Assembly (NCBI GenBank): GCA_963702205.1
Contig: OY969724.1
Location: 1,984,001 to 2,048,000, forward strand
Reading direction: 5' to 3'
Source of the DNA: an uncultured candidate division Zixibacteria bacterium
GTDB taxonomy: Bacteria; Zixibacteria; MSB-5A5; GN15; PGXB01
DNA length: 64,000 bases
The position numbers were made by a program, and so were the translations under genes. The notes below the pieces were generated by a model, which worked only from the letters and a program-made list of their open reading frames with translations, was not told the origin of the DNA and made no database searches. Position 1 is the first letter of the stretch. Each line of letters opens with the position of its first letter. Below are positions 37,570 through 47,557 of the stretch, piece after piece.

Positions 37570-38421
37570 GTGGCGAAAATCTGGTATTTGATCCGATTAT
37601 TGAGGGTGCATAACTGCCTGATGGCGGCGGCCGGGGTTTGGCTCGGCGGCTTTCTGTCGTATGGTTCCTTCGATAAGTTAAACCTGGCGCTGGCGTCGTT
37701 GTGCGCCGCCTTCGTGTGTGCCGCCGGGAATGCCCTCAATGATTTTCTGGATATCGAGGTCGACCGTAAGAACCACCCCGGGCGGGTGCTGCCGTCGGGC
37801 GTCCTGCCAATATATGTGGCTGTGCTGGCTTTCTGGGTTCTCAATGGGTTGGGGGTTTTAATTGCGCTGACCATAAATATCAAATTCGCGGCAATAGTCT
37901 TGTTTTCTTCACTGGTGCTGGTCGTTTATAATTTCAGGCTGAAGAAGACCTCGTTGTGGGGTAATCTGGCGGTGTCGTTTCTCGGGGCCCTGACTTTTGT
38001 CGCCGGTGGGCTGGCGGTCAAGTTGCCGCAGCCGTATATGGTGACAGAAACTTTCGCCCCGGCCATATTCGCCTTTTTGTTTCACCTCGGTCGTGAGATG
38101 TTAAAGGACCTGGCCGATTTCGATGGAGACCTAAGAGCCCAATACAGGACGCTTCCGACCGTATTCCCGGCATCTACAATAGAATACATGATTTTGACCA
38201 TATATGCCGTTGTTTTGTTTTTAACCGTAATGGCCATCATATTGGGCCTTTACAGCGTGGCTTTCAACTGGATCGTTTTGATAGGAGTCGATTTGCCGAT
38301 GCTGGTCCTGATGGTCTGGCTGAAAATCTCGAAAAGTCCCGGTAAATATGCCATAATGGGTCAGTTTTTAAAAGCTCTTATGGTAGTGGGGCTTATCGCT
38401 TTTCTGGCCGGCAGAACCTGA
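37570..38421 (+). CDS. UbiA-family prenyltransferase, DGGGP synthase-like
   Basis: LLRVHN, GNALNDFLDIEVDRKNHPGRVLPSG, REMLKDLADFDGD; multiple TM helices. Confidence 0.85.
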   Translation: MAKIWYLIRLLRVHNCLMAAAGVWLGGFLSYGSFDKLNLALASLCAAFVCAAGNALNDFLDIEVDRKNHPGRVLPSGVLPIYVAVLAFWVLNGLGVLIALTINIKFAAIVLFSSLVLVVYNFRLKKTSLWGNLAVSFLGALTFVAGGLAVKLPQPYMVTETFAPAIFAFLFHLGREMLKDLADFDGDLRAQYRTLPTVFPASTIEYMILTIYAVVLFLTVMAIILGLYSVAFNWIVLIGVDLPMLVLMVWLKISKSPGKYAIMGQFLKALMVVGLIAFLAGRT

Positions 38422-38543
38422 AAATAATTTGCAACCTTGACAGAAACGTGCTGTATAAAACATTCGGCATTGATGCTGAGCGAACAGCAAGAAAGAGAAT
38501 ACGTTAAGAGATTAGCTTTAATTTCGACCCGGTTTATTGTTAC

Positions 38544-39431
38544 ATGAAAGTTGCATTCAAGACAGCCCGATACATTCTGATTGCGGTTATTATTGCATTT
38601 CCGGCCTTTTTGTGGGGTTCTGATTTATCGCTTTCGGCCGAACTCGACAAGACCGATATAAAATTCGACGAGACGATAAATCTCACGATCGAAGTCAAGT
38701 GGACCGGTAATCTTCAGGACTACGGATTCAAAATATTCTCGCTGCCCAAAACCGACCGTCTTAAGGTGCTGGGAACGACGTCGAAGATAGCCAGTAATAT
38801 CGAAAACGGAGCCGAGGTCACGACCCGGACATATAAGTACACCTTCAAGCCGATTGAAGCCGGTCAGGGCGTGATATATCCGATTACGCTGGACTATGTC
38901 GCTATGCCCGATTCGACACCGGGACAGTTGGAAACGCAGGAATTCAGTGTCATGATCGCCAAACCGGTGGCTGTCAAGAAAAGTGGCGGCAGCCATGTCG
39001 TTTGGTTCGTCATTGTCGGGTTATTCATAATCTTTTCCGTCGCTGGCGTGATTATAATATTGCACTATCGCCGCAAGGCAGCCAAAGAGCCGGTGCTGTC
39101 GCCGGATGATGAACTTCTGGCCGAGCTCGAAAGAATCAAGAAAGAGGTCGCCGGGGATCGCCAGGCTTTCTTCACGAGGCTTTATAAAGCTATACTTCAT
39201 TATATAGAAAAGATGTATGATCTCGATCTGCAGGGTCTTACGCTGGAAGCGGTTGGAGATAAGCTGGGAGGTTCCAATATCCCCGAAGCCAGGAAAGAAC
39301 AGTTGATGGGATGGCTGAAGCTGGCGGAAAAAGAGAAATTCGCACCGGGAACGGGATCGCCGGGGGAGGCGTTAAGACTGGCAACTGAAATAGAAAATAT
39401 CGTCAAAAATAAAGCGTTCCGGGAATCCTGA
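38544..39431 (+). CDS. BatD-like single-pass membrane protein
   Basis: Signal peptide, Ig-like domain (AELDKT.I...E...LTI), TM helix, C-terminal helical domain with EKEKFA. Confidence 0.65.
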   Translation: MKVAFKTARYILIAVIIAFPAFLWGSDLSLSAELDKTDIKFDETINLTIEVKWTGNLQDYGFKIFSLPKTDRLKVLGTTSKIASNIENGAEVTTRTYKYTFKPIEAGQGVIYPITLDYVAMPDSTPGQLETQEFSVMIAKPVAVKKSGGSHVVWFVIVGLFIIFSVAGVIIILHYRRKAAKEPVLSPDDELLAELERIKKEVAGDRQAFFTRLYKAILHYIEKMYDLDLQGLTLEAVGDKLGGSNIPEARKEQLMGWLKLAEKEKFAPGTGSPGEALRLATEIENIVKNKAFRES

Positions 39432-39454
39432 GCTAAGCACCGGACGGAGGTAAC

Positions 39455-40444
39455 ATGGATAAAGACATACAACAAATCCAGGAAATAGTCGAAAAGGAAT
39501 CGGAATTTGTCCAGAAGCTGACATCGCAGATTAGTACGGTCATTGTCGGACAGAAGTACATGATCGAACGGCTTCTGATCGGAATTTTGGCCGACGGGCA
39601 TATTCTTCTCGAAGGTGTTCCGGGGCTGGCCAAAACGCTGACGGTCAAGACGCTGTCGGATACGATCGATACCAAGTTTCAGCGGCTGCAGTTCACACCC
39701 GATCTTCTCCCGGCCGACTTGATCGGGACCATGATCTACAATCCGCAAAAGTCGGAATTTACGGTCAAGAAGGGGCCGATATTCGCCAATATAATTTTGG
39801 CCGACGAAATCAACCGGGCTCCCGCTAAGGTACAGTCGGCGCTGCTGGAAGCAATGCAGGAGCGGCAGGTGACCATCAGCGACAGTACGTTCAAACTCGA
39901 TGAGCCGTTTCTCGTGCTGGCGACACAGAACCCGATCGAGCAGGAAGGCACGTATCCGCTTCCCGAAGCACAGGTGGACCGTTTCATGCTGAAGCTGAGG
40001 GTGACATACCCGACGCCCGAGGAAGAGCGGTTGATCATGGACCGGATGACGACCGGTCAAAAATATACCGTGGAAAAGGTCGTAACGCCCGAGGATATCG
40101 TCCGGGTGAGAAAGATTGTCACTGATATTTACGTCGACGACAAAGTTAAAGAATACATTTTAAATATAGTCTTCGCCACGCGCGAACCTGAAAAGTACGG
40201 CCTAAGTAACTTGAAGGATATGATTTCATTTGGCGCGTCACCGCGTGCCACGATTTATTTAAACCTGGCCGCCAAGGCTCATGCTTTTCTCCGAGGACGA
40301 GGATATATAACGCCCGAGGATATCAAGGCGGTCGGCCCCGACGTGCTGCGGCACCGTATTATCGTAACCTATGAAGCGGAAGCGGAAGAAAAGAGTGCCG
40401 ACGATCTGGTGAAACAGATATTCGACACCATTGAAGTACCGTAA
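39455..40444 (+). CDS. moxR: MoxR AAA+ ATPase
   Basis: GVPGLAKT, RLQFTPDLLPAD, DEINRAPAKVQSALLEAM, ATQNPIEQEGTYPLPEAQ.DRF. Confidence 0.95.
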   Translation: MDKDIQQIQEIVEKESEFVQKLTSQISTVIVGQKYMIERLLIGILADGHILLEGVPGLAKTLTVKTLSDTIDTKFQRLQFTPDLLPADLIGTMIYNPQKSEFTVKKGPIFANIILADEINRAPAKVQSALLEAMQERQVTISDSTFKLDEPFLVLATQNPIEQEGTYPLPEAQVDRFMLKLRVTYPTPEEERLIMDRMTTGQKYTVEKVVTPEDIVRVRKIVTDIYVDDKVKEYILNIVFATREPEKYGLSNLKDMISFGASPRATIYLNLAAKAHAFLRGRGYITPEDIKAVGPDVLRHRIIVTYEAEAEEKSADDLVKQIFDTIEVP

Positions 40445-40458
40445 TTTACAAGATTGTT

Positions 40459-41334
40459 ATGGACCAGAAAGAAATTTTCAAAAATATACGGCGTATCGAA
40501 ATTCGCACCAAGCGGTTGGTCAACGACTTGTTTTCGGGTGAGTACCATTCCACTTTCAAGGGTCAGGGTATGGAATTCGAAGAGGTCAGGCAGTACCAGC
40601 CGGGCGATGATATCCGCCTGATCGACTGGAATGTGACGGCCCGTACGGGTTATCCGCATGTCAAGAAATTCCGTGAGGAGCGCGAGCTATCGGTCATGTT
40701 TCTGGTGGATATGTCGTCATCGGGACATTTCGGGACCCGCGAACGGTATAAAGAGGAAACGGCGGCGGAACTGTGTGCTCTGCTTTCTTTCTCGGCCATC
40801 AAGAACAACGATAAAGTCGGCATGATAATTTTTACCGATAAGATCGAGAAGTATCTTCCACCCAAGAAAGGCCGGGCCCACGTGCTTCGTCTGGTGCGCG
40901 AGATTTTGTATTTTAAGCCGACCGGGACGGGGACCGATATTTCCGGGGCGCTGGAATATTTCAGCCGGGTCATCAAGAAAAAATCCGTGGTCTTTTTGAT
41001 TTCGGATTTTATGTCAGAAGAGTATTTAAAGCCACTGCAGATCGCCAACAACAAGCACGATATTATCGCCATGAAAATTTCCGACCCGCGCGAGATCACG
41101 TTCGAGAACGTCGGACTAATCGAGCTCGAGGACGCCGAGACCGGCGAGACGGTCATAATCGATACGTCGTCGGCCGAATTCCGCAGAGATTTCACGACCA
41201 AAGCGCAGGCGGACAACCTGGGCCTGAAACGGTCGCTGCGGCTGATCGACGTCGATTTTATTCAGATAATCACGAATCAGACATATATCGTACCTTTGAT
41301 TAACTTTTTCAAGATGCGGGAAAAGAGGCGATAG
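40459..41334 (+). CDS. DUF58 (VWA-like) protein
   Basis: GMEFEEVRQYQPGDDIRLIDWNVTAR, DMSSS, ISDF. Confidence 0.92.
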   Translation: MDQKEIFKNIRRIEIRTKRLVNDLFSGEYHSTFKGQGMEFEEVRQYQPGDDIRLIDWNVTARTGYPHVKKFREERELSVMFLVDMSSSGHFGTRERYKEETAAELCALLSFSAIKNNDKVGMIIFTDKIEKYLPPKKGRAHVLRLVREILYFKPTGTGTDISGALEYFSRVIKKKSVVFLISDFMSEEYLKPLQIANNKHDIIAMKISDPREITFENVGLIELEDAETGETVIIDTSSAEFRRDFTTKAQADNLGLKRSLRLIDVDFIQIITNQTYIVPLINFFKMREKRR

Positions 41335-41336
41335 GT

Positions 41337-42266
41337 ATGGCAGGCGGCAAGAATACAGTCGGATTGATCAATCTCGTAATTTCATTGATTTTGCTGGGAG
41401 CGGTGGTCTTTTATATTACGGGCGGTTCGCAATCCGGGTCGTCCGCTAACGAGGCAACGGCCCGCAAGCTCGCCGGTGAACTGGCCGACAACAATCTGCC
41501 CAAGGCCGCTATCCAGGAATACCAGGAAATATTAACCGACAAGAATCTCGACGACAAAACGAAAGGCAACCTGTACTATCTAATCGGCAAGATGTACTAT
41601 GAGGGTTTGTCGGATTATGAAAACGGCGCGGCGTATTTTATCCGGGCCCGCACGATTTATCCGGAAGGGTCGTATTTCACGGAATCGGGCAAAAGCCTGA
41701 TCGCCTGTCTGGAAAAGATGGGGCGAATTATGGATGCCAAGCGCGAACTGGATAAAGCCGTCAATATCGATTCGGTGGCGGCCGCCCACGAAGGGGAGAA
41801 GATAGTCGCCAAGATCGGGGATATGCCGGTTTATGAGAGCCGGATCGACAAGGAAATCCAGAAACTCCCGGCCGATATGCAAAAAGATTATACGTCGCGC
41901 AAGAAAAAACTCGAGGCGCTCAATCAGTACATTCAGATGGAATTGATTTATAAAGACGCCGTGCGGAAGGGTTTGGAGAACGATCCGGAGGTCCAGCAGG
42001 CGGCCAACGACGTGATCCGCCAGGCGGTGATAAGCAAGTACATCAAGCAAAATATTATACCGCCGGATCAGATCGACACGGTTGACGTGTTCAACTATTA
42101 TCTGGCCCATAAAAATGATAAGTACGGTGGGAAAGACTATGCCGACGTGAAGGCCGACGTTCTTCGGGACTACGGTCGCGAAAAATTCCAAGAGGCACTT
42201 TCGGAGTATGTCAACAATCTGGCCGCGATCGAAAAGGTGCAAATATTCGAGGAGAACGTGCAGTGA
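41337..42266 (+). CDS. Membrane-anchored TPR plus SurA/PrsA-N-like chaperone protein
   Basis: N-terminal TM, TPR helices, then VAKIG...I..., LIYKDA..KGLENDPEV (foldase N-domain-like) with no clear PPIase core. Confidence 0.55.
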   Translation: MAGGKNTVGLINLVISLILLGAVVFYITGGSQSGSSANEATARKLAGELADNNLPKAAIQEYQEILTDKNLDDKTKGNLYYLIGKMYYEGLSDYENGAAYFIRARTIYPEGSYFTESGKSLIACLEKMGRIMDAKRELDKAVNIDSVAAAHEGEKIVAKIGDMPVYESRIDKEIQKLPADMQKDYTSRKKKLEALNQYIQMELIYKDAVRKGLENDPEVQQAANDVIRQAVISKYIKQNIIPPDQIDTVDVFNYYLAHKNDKYGGKDYADVKADVLRDYGREKFQEALSEYVNNLAAIEKVQIFEENVQ

Positions 42267-43747
42267 CGGGTCCCCGCAGGCATACCCTGAGTGTCGTCGC
42301 GATATTGGCGGTGCATCTGTCACTGCTGGGTATCTGTGCCGCTTTCAGGAATTCAATCTTCGACGAAGGCGTCTATATGAACGCCGCCAGATTGATGCAC
42401 GACGGAAGCTCGGTATATAAAGACTTCTTCTTCCCGCAATTGATGCTTCTGCCGATGATTACGTCGATTCTGGCCGAAGGCGGCTGGCTCTCGTTTTGGA
42501 TGCTGAGGGGGCTGGCGGTCGCGGCGGGCCTGGTATCGGCTACAATGGTTTATGTGATTGCTTACAGGTTGACCAAAAATCAGGTAAGTTCTTTGGTCGC
42601 GTTGAGCGTTTATGCTCTTTCGGGATTGATGATATCGTGGCATGCCATATATACAGCACAGGTTTTCGCGCATATGCTGTCTTTAATTAGTCTGCTTTTA
42701 TGGCTGAAGTATTTTGAAAGCAAAAGGACGGGCTACTTGGTTTTGACGGCCGTAACGCTGTCTGTCCTGTTCAACTTGCGGGCGACTTTTATTGTGTTGG
42801 TGCCATTGTACCTGATATCGTTTGTATTGTTTGAACCCCGGTCGGCGTGGAAAAATATCGGGTTGTTTGTGGGGGCAATGGTTCCGGTCAGCCTCGTTAC
42901 AATTGTCAAGTTCTTAAATGCACCGGGCAATTTTATTTTTGATACACTCAGGTTTCAGCTGCTACGGGAGGGTAACAATCAGATCGGCCATATCCTATTG
43001 AATAAAATGACGATAATATTGCGGGTACTGGTGGATCCGCACATTTTGTTGATCGTACTGGCGGCCGTGTTTGCGGTCGCGACGCTGGTCAGACAAAATC
43101 GCATAAAAGGTGTCCGGAGTTTGTTTGTGAGCGCGGAGGGAATGGTCCTGATGAACCTGCTTTTGATCGCAGGGGTCTATCTGGTGCCCAATCCCATGAT
43201 GCGGCAGTACACCGAGCAATATCTCGCTTTCGCCATAATTCTCGGTGCGACGGCGGTGCCGACAATCTGGAACTGGATCGCGCAGTCAGGCGATGTAATG
43301 CGAAAGTACATTGCACCGACGGCCCTGACACTGGTGATTGCCGGATCGCTGGTGCCGTACTGGGCGGTGTATATATTCGACTCGCGTCAGCAGGACAGGA
43401 TGTACTTGCTCGACGAAATTCGCGGAGTGGTTGACGCCATGCAGGAGTGCCGCAATCTGCCCGGTCCGGTAGTGACCGAATGGCCGGGATATGCCTTTTT
43501 GGCGAAAAGCCCGCAATTGGCCCGAAGCGAGATACTCGGATGGCAGTGGAATCTGCCTTTGACCGCGGAGGAATTTCAGAAATACCGGTTGTGCGATAAT
43601 AATTACTTGCGGCAGAGCGTGATCGACAGGACGCCGTCGCAAATTATAAATGTAACCAAAACCCCGGAAGCGTACGCGGATATCATAAATGACGGCTATG
43701 TCGCAACGCACCAAGCTGCCGGAGTAACGTTATTTTGCAGAAAATGA
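42263..43747 (+). CDS. GT-C superfamily (ArnT/PMT, GT39/83-like) glycosyltransferase
   Basis: DEGVY after TM1, YKDFFFPQ, about 11-12 TM helices; GTGA and ATGA overlaps with both neighbours. Confidence 0.75.
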   Translation: MTGPRRHTLSVVAILAVHLSLLGICAAFRNSIFDEGVYMNAARLMHDGSSVYKDFFFPQLMLLPMITSILAEGGWLSFWMLRGLAVAAGLVSATMVYVIAYRLTKNQVSSLVALSVYALSGLMISWHAIYTAQVFAHMLSLISLLLWLKYFESKRTGYLVLTAVTLSVLFNLRATFIVLVPLYLISFVLFEPRSAWKNIGLFVGAMVPVSLVTIVKFLNAPGNFIFDTLRFQLLREGNNQIGHILLNKMTIILRVLVDPHILLIVLAAVFAVATLVRQNRIKGVRSLFVSAEGMVLMNLLLIAGVYLVPNPMMRQYTEQYLAFAIILGATAVPTIWNWIAQSGDVMRKYIAPTALTLVIAGSLVPYWAVYIFDSRQQDRMYLLDEIRGVVDAMQECRNLPGPVVTEWPGYAFLAKSPQLARSEILGWQWNLPLTAEEFQKYRLCDNNYLRQSVIDRTPSQIINVTKTPEAYADIINDGYVATHQAAGVTLFCRK

Positions 43748-44763
43748 AAATATTTAGATTAACGCTGGTAGTACTCTTTATAGCCGGTGCGGTTTTTGCT
43801 CAGGATAAAGCGGCACCGGATGCGGTTAAGTCGGCCGCCGGGATATCGGTGGAGACGTCGGTCGACCGCTCGGAAATTTATATCGGCGACTTGATTACCT
43901 ATAAACTGATAATAGTGCACGATTCGGACATTGTCCTGACACCGCCGCCGATCGGGGCCAATCTCGGTGCGTTCGATGTCAAAGATTATAAAAGCGATGA
44001 CGTGACTCACCTCGATAACGGGCAGCTCCAAAACGAAAGTCGGTTTGTACTGACAACGTTCACGACCGGAGATTATATCATTCCGCCGATACCAATCGAG
44101 TTCATGCGGCCGGACAGTACGGTCGAATACCTGCTGTCGGAACCTATCGCCATCAAAGTAAAATCGCTGATAGCCGCGGGGGCCGATACGGCCGACATCC
44201 GCGAGGTCAAATCACCGCTGGCGTTCAAGTCGGGCTGGCCGTGGTGGGGTTATGCCATTGCCGGAGGCTTGCTGGTGCTTCTGGTCGCGGGATTCGTTTA
44301 CTGGAAATTCTTCCGGAAGAAAAAAGAACCCGGGGAATTTGTCGATCGCCGCGATCCATGGGAAATAGCCTACGAAAAGCTGGCTCATCTCAAGGAGAAA
44401 AATTACCCGGCCGAAGGGTCGTTCAAGATGTACTATGTCGTGTTGACCGAAATCGTCCGCGATTACCTGGGCCGGATATATAAAATACCGGTGCTGGATA
44501 TGACGACGATGGAATTCCTCGATATAATCTCTGAAGAAGATATAGATGAAGATATAATGGACACACTCAAAAAATTCCTCAATCATGCCGACCTTGTTAA
44601 ATTCGCCAAATTGATACCGTCGGATGAACAGATGCAGCAGGATTTTGATATCGCCCACGAGCTGGTCGATAGAATCCGGATTTTGTATCTGTCTCGTATG
44701 GCACCGGTCGCCGTCCCCAATGCAGTTTCCGACACTGAGACTGAGGAGCAGGTCAATGTTTAG
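43744..44763 (+). CDS. BatD-like / DUF4381-like membrane protein
   Basis: Signal peptide, VDRSEIYIGD, TFTTGDYIIP, DIREVK.P, TM helix, ADLVKFAK. Confidence 0.75.
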   Translation: MKIFRLTLVVLFIAGAVFAQDKAAPDAVKSAAGISVETSVDRSEIYIGDLITYKLIIVHDSDIVLTPPPIGANLGAFDVKDYKSDDVTHLDNGQLQNESRFVLTTFTTGDYIIPPIPIEFMRPDSTVEYLLSEPIAIKVKSLIAAGADTADIREVKSPLAFKSGWPWWGYAIAGGLLVLLVAGFVYWKFFRKKKEPGEFVDRRDPWEIAYEKLAHLKEKNYPAEGSFKMYYVVLTEIVRDYLGRIYKIPVLDMTTMEFLDIISEEDIDEDIMDTLKKFLNHADLVKFAKLIPSDEQMQQDFDIAHELVDRIRILYLSRMAPVAVPNAVSDTETEEQVNV

Positions 44764-45793
44764 ATTCGCCGGTTATAACGTCAGCCTGTTCGATCACGAC
44801 ATTTCGGTTTCGGGGTACATTATCCTGGGGGCCGGTTTGGTGATTATTCTCGGGATGCTGTTTTACGCTTTTAGATTCCGTAAAGCCAAAGCGGCGACAA
44901 TCAAGTACAGCGATCTTAAAATAGTCCGGCGTTCGGCCAAAAGCGGACGGTCGCGTTTTAGATTCGTTTTGCCGCTCTTTCGCGCTCTCGCCCTGGCGGC
45001 GTTATTTATCGCCCTGGCCCGGCCCCAGGCGGGGACGGAAAATCGTGAGGTTTCTTCGGAGGGCATTGATATCATGCTGGCTCTGGATATTTCCGGCTCG
45101 ATGAAAGCCGAGGATTTCAAACCGCAGAATCGTTTGTACGTGGCGAAAGAGGAGATCAAGAAATTTGTCGAAAAGCGGGTCAGTGACCGGATCGGGTTGG
45201 TGGTGTTTTCCAAGTCGTCGTTTACTCAGTGCCCCCTGACTCTCGACTATGGCGTTTTGTTGAATTTCCTCGACCAGGTCAAGTTCGGCATGATTGAGGA
45301 TGGCACGGCAATCGGCATGGCCATCGCCAATTGTGTCAACCGTCTGCGTTCGTCGCCGGCCAAGTCGAAAGTGATAATTCTTCTGACCGACGGTATCAAC
45401 AACGCCGGGGAGATCGACCCGCTGACCGCGGCCAGTGTCGCCAAAACCATGGGCGTGAAAATATATACGATCGGGGTCGGCAAACCGGGTAACGCCATGT
45501 ATCCCGTCGATGATCCGATTTTCGGAAAGAGATATGTCTATATGCCGAATGAAATCGACGAAGAAACGTTGCGCAAAATCGCCGAAAAGACCGGCGGCAA
45601 GTATTTCCGGGCCCGTTCCGAACAAGAGCTGGAAAATATTTATTCGGAAATCGACAAGCTGGAGAAGACCAGGATCAAGGTCAACGAATATGTGCAGTAT
45701 AAAGAGCTGTTTTTGATTTTCACATATTTCGGACTGGGCCTATTAGTACTGGAAATGGTGCTGAGCCAGACGATTTTCAGGAAAATACCGTAA
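44756..45793 (+). CDS. batA: BatA VWA-domain protein
   Basis: GAGGAG RBS before ATG 44756; ALARPQ, DISGSM, DRIGLVVF, PLTLDY, LLTDG.NN.G, IDEETL. Confidence 0.9.
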   Translation: MFRFAGYNVSLFDHDISVSGYIILGAGLVIILGMLFYAFRFRKAKAATIKYSDLKIVRRSAKSGRSRFRFVLPLFRALALAALFIALARPQAGTENREVSSEGIDIMLALDISGSMKAEDFKPQNRLYVAKEEIKKFVEKRVSDRIGLVVFSKSSFTQCPLTLDYGVLLNFLDQVKFGMIEDGTAIGMAIANCVNRLRSSPAKSKVIILLTDGINNAGEIDPLTAASVAKTMGVKIYTIGVGKPGNAMYPVDDPIFGKRYVYMPNEIDEETLRKIAEKTGGKYFRARSEQELENIYSEIDKLEKTRIKVNEYVQYKELFLIFTYFGLGLLVLEMVLSQTIFRKIP

Positions 45794-45806
45794 GGAGTTT
45801 TTATAG

Positions 45807-46826
45807 ATGCGCTTTGCTTTGCCCCAAAATTTATTTCTTTTGGGATTGGTCCTGATCCTGGCGCTGTTTTATATATGGTCCATAAACCGCAAGAAGAAAA
45901 TCCTGTCGAGATTCGGGGACGTCTGGCTGCTGCTCAAAAACTCGCCGTATATAAGTTTCGCGCGGCAGGGCGGGAAGGCCTCGCTTCTGATAGTCGGCGT
46001 GCTGTTTTTGGTGTTAACGCTGTCACAGCTTCAATGCGGGACGCATATGGAAATGATGAAGCGGGAAGGTGTCGATATAATTATCGCGATCGACGTGTCA
46101 TCATCGATGCTGGCCGAAGATATGAAGCCTGACCGTATATCGAAAGCCCGTCAGGAAGTGCGCGGGATCATCGACCGGCTGAAAGGCGACCGGATCGGGC
46201 TGGTGGCTTTTGCAGGCGAGGCTTTTGTCCAGTGTCCGCTGACTCTGGACTATTCGGCGGCCGAGATGTTTCTGGACGTGATCGACGTGGGCCTTATCCC
46301 GAAACAGGGGACGGCAATCGGTGATGCTATCCGTAAGGCGACCAAAGCCTTCGTGGGCAAGGAAAGAAAACACAAGGTGTTGATACTGCTGACCGACGGC
46401 GAGGACCAAAACACCGATCCGATCGGGGCGGCCGATGAGGCGCGCAAGGAGGGGGTCCGGATTTATACGATCGGTATCGGATCTCCGGCCGGTGAACCGA
46501 TTCCGATAACCGACCGCAATGGCAACAAGGTCGGTTACAAAAAAGACAAAAACGGCGAAGTCATTGTCACCAAACTCGATGAGATGACTCTTCAAAAAAT
46601 AGCTTTAAATACGGGCGGCAAATATTATAATGCTTCACCGGGAGAAATGGAACTCGATAAGGTTTATGACGATATATCAAAAATGGAAAAGAAGGAACTG
46701 GAGGGCAAGCTGCTTATGCAGGACGAAGACCGGTTCCAGTATCCGCTGGCGCTGGCCATACTGCTGATAATCGGCGAGTTCTTTCTTTCGGAAAAACGCA
46801 AGGTAAAGAGTATAAAGAATAAATGA
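45807..46826 (+). CDS. batB: BatB VWA-domain protein
   Basis: DVSSSM, DRIGLVAFAG, LTDGED, G.PIP, KLDE..L, RFQYPL. Confidence 0.9.
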   Translation: MRFALPQNLFLLGLVLILALFYIWSINRKKKILSRFGDVWLLLKNSPYISFARQGGKASLLIVGVLFLVLTLSQLQCGTHMEMMKREGVDIIIAIDVSSSMLAEDMKPDRISKARQEVRGIIDRLKGDRIGLVAFAGEAFVQCPLTLDYSAAEMFLDVIDVGLIPKQGTAIGDAIRKATKAFVGKERKHKVLILLTDGEDQNTDPIGAADEARKEGVRIYTIGIGSPAGEPIPITDRNGNKVGYKKDKNGEVIVTKLDEMTLQKIALNTGGKYYNASPGEMELDKVYDDISKMEKKELEGKLLMQDEDRFQYPLALAILLIIGEFFLSEKRKVKSIKNK

Positions 46827-47557
46827 AAACAATTCTGACCATAACCGGTATTCTTCTGTTTGCGGCGACAATCGGCCGGGCCGATGATTTTTCCAGATAT
46901 GTCGGCCGGGGCAACGCCTCATACCAGGAAGGTGAATTTTCCAGGGCATTGGATTGGTATCATCAGGCCGAAGTGGAACGTCCGGAAACGCCGGAGCTTG
47001 ATTATAATATCGGGACGACACTGTATAAAGAGGGCAAGTACGAAGAGGCGCTTCAGAAACTTCAAAACTCTCTTAAAACCGACGACGTCGCCCACGAAGC
47101 CGAGGCCCAGTATAATATCGGCAATACCCAGTACAGGTCCGGGGATTATCAGAAGGCGATACAGGCTTACCAGCAGTCTCTGGAATTGAATCCCGACGAC
47201 CTTGATGCCAAGTATAACCTTGAACTGGCTCGTGTCAAGCTCAAGGAACAGATGAAAAAGCAGGACAAGAACCAGCAGCAACAAAAGCAGCAACAGCAAC
47301 AGAAGCAGCAACAACAAGATCAACAGGACCAGAAAAACCAGGATCAGCAGCAACAGGAACAGCAGCAACAACAGCAGCAGGATCAGGACAAGAAGGATCA
47401 ACAGCAGCAGCCGCAGCCGAAAGAAGTCGATCAGAATGAAATGTCCAAAGAGGATGCGGAGCGGATCCTGAACGCACTTAAGGACGACGAGAAAGACGTG
47501 CAGAAGAAAATAAATCGAAACCTCCCCGGCGGGAATTATCACGGAAATGACTGGTAA
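46823..47557 (+). CDS. batC: BatC TPR protein with Gln-rich linker
   Basis: YNIG TPR repeats, DAKYNLELA, Q-rich tract, AERILNAL...DW C-terminus. Confidence 0.9.
   Translation: MKTILTITGILLFAATIGRADDFSRYVGRGNASYQEGEFSRALDWYHQAEVERPETPELDYNIGTTLYKEGKYEEALQKLQNSLKTDDVAHEAEAQYNIGNTQYRSGDYQKAIQAYQQSLELNPDDLDAKYNLELARVKLKEQMKKQDKNQQQQKQQQQQKQQQQDQQDQKNQDQQQQEQQQQQQQDQDKKDQQQQPQPKEVDQNEMSKEDAERILNALKDDEKDVQKKINRNLPGGNYHGNDW
47261..47417 (+). repeat. CAG/CAA low-complexity tract (poly-Gln linker of BatC)
   Basis: Mixed CAG/CAA/GAT/AAG codons. Confidence 0.85.
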
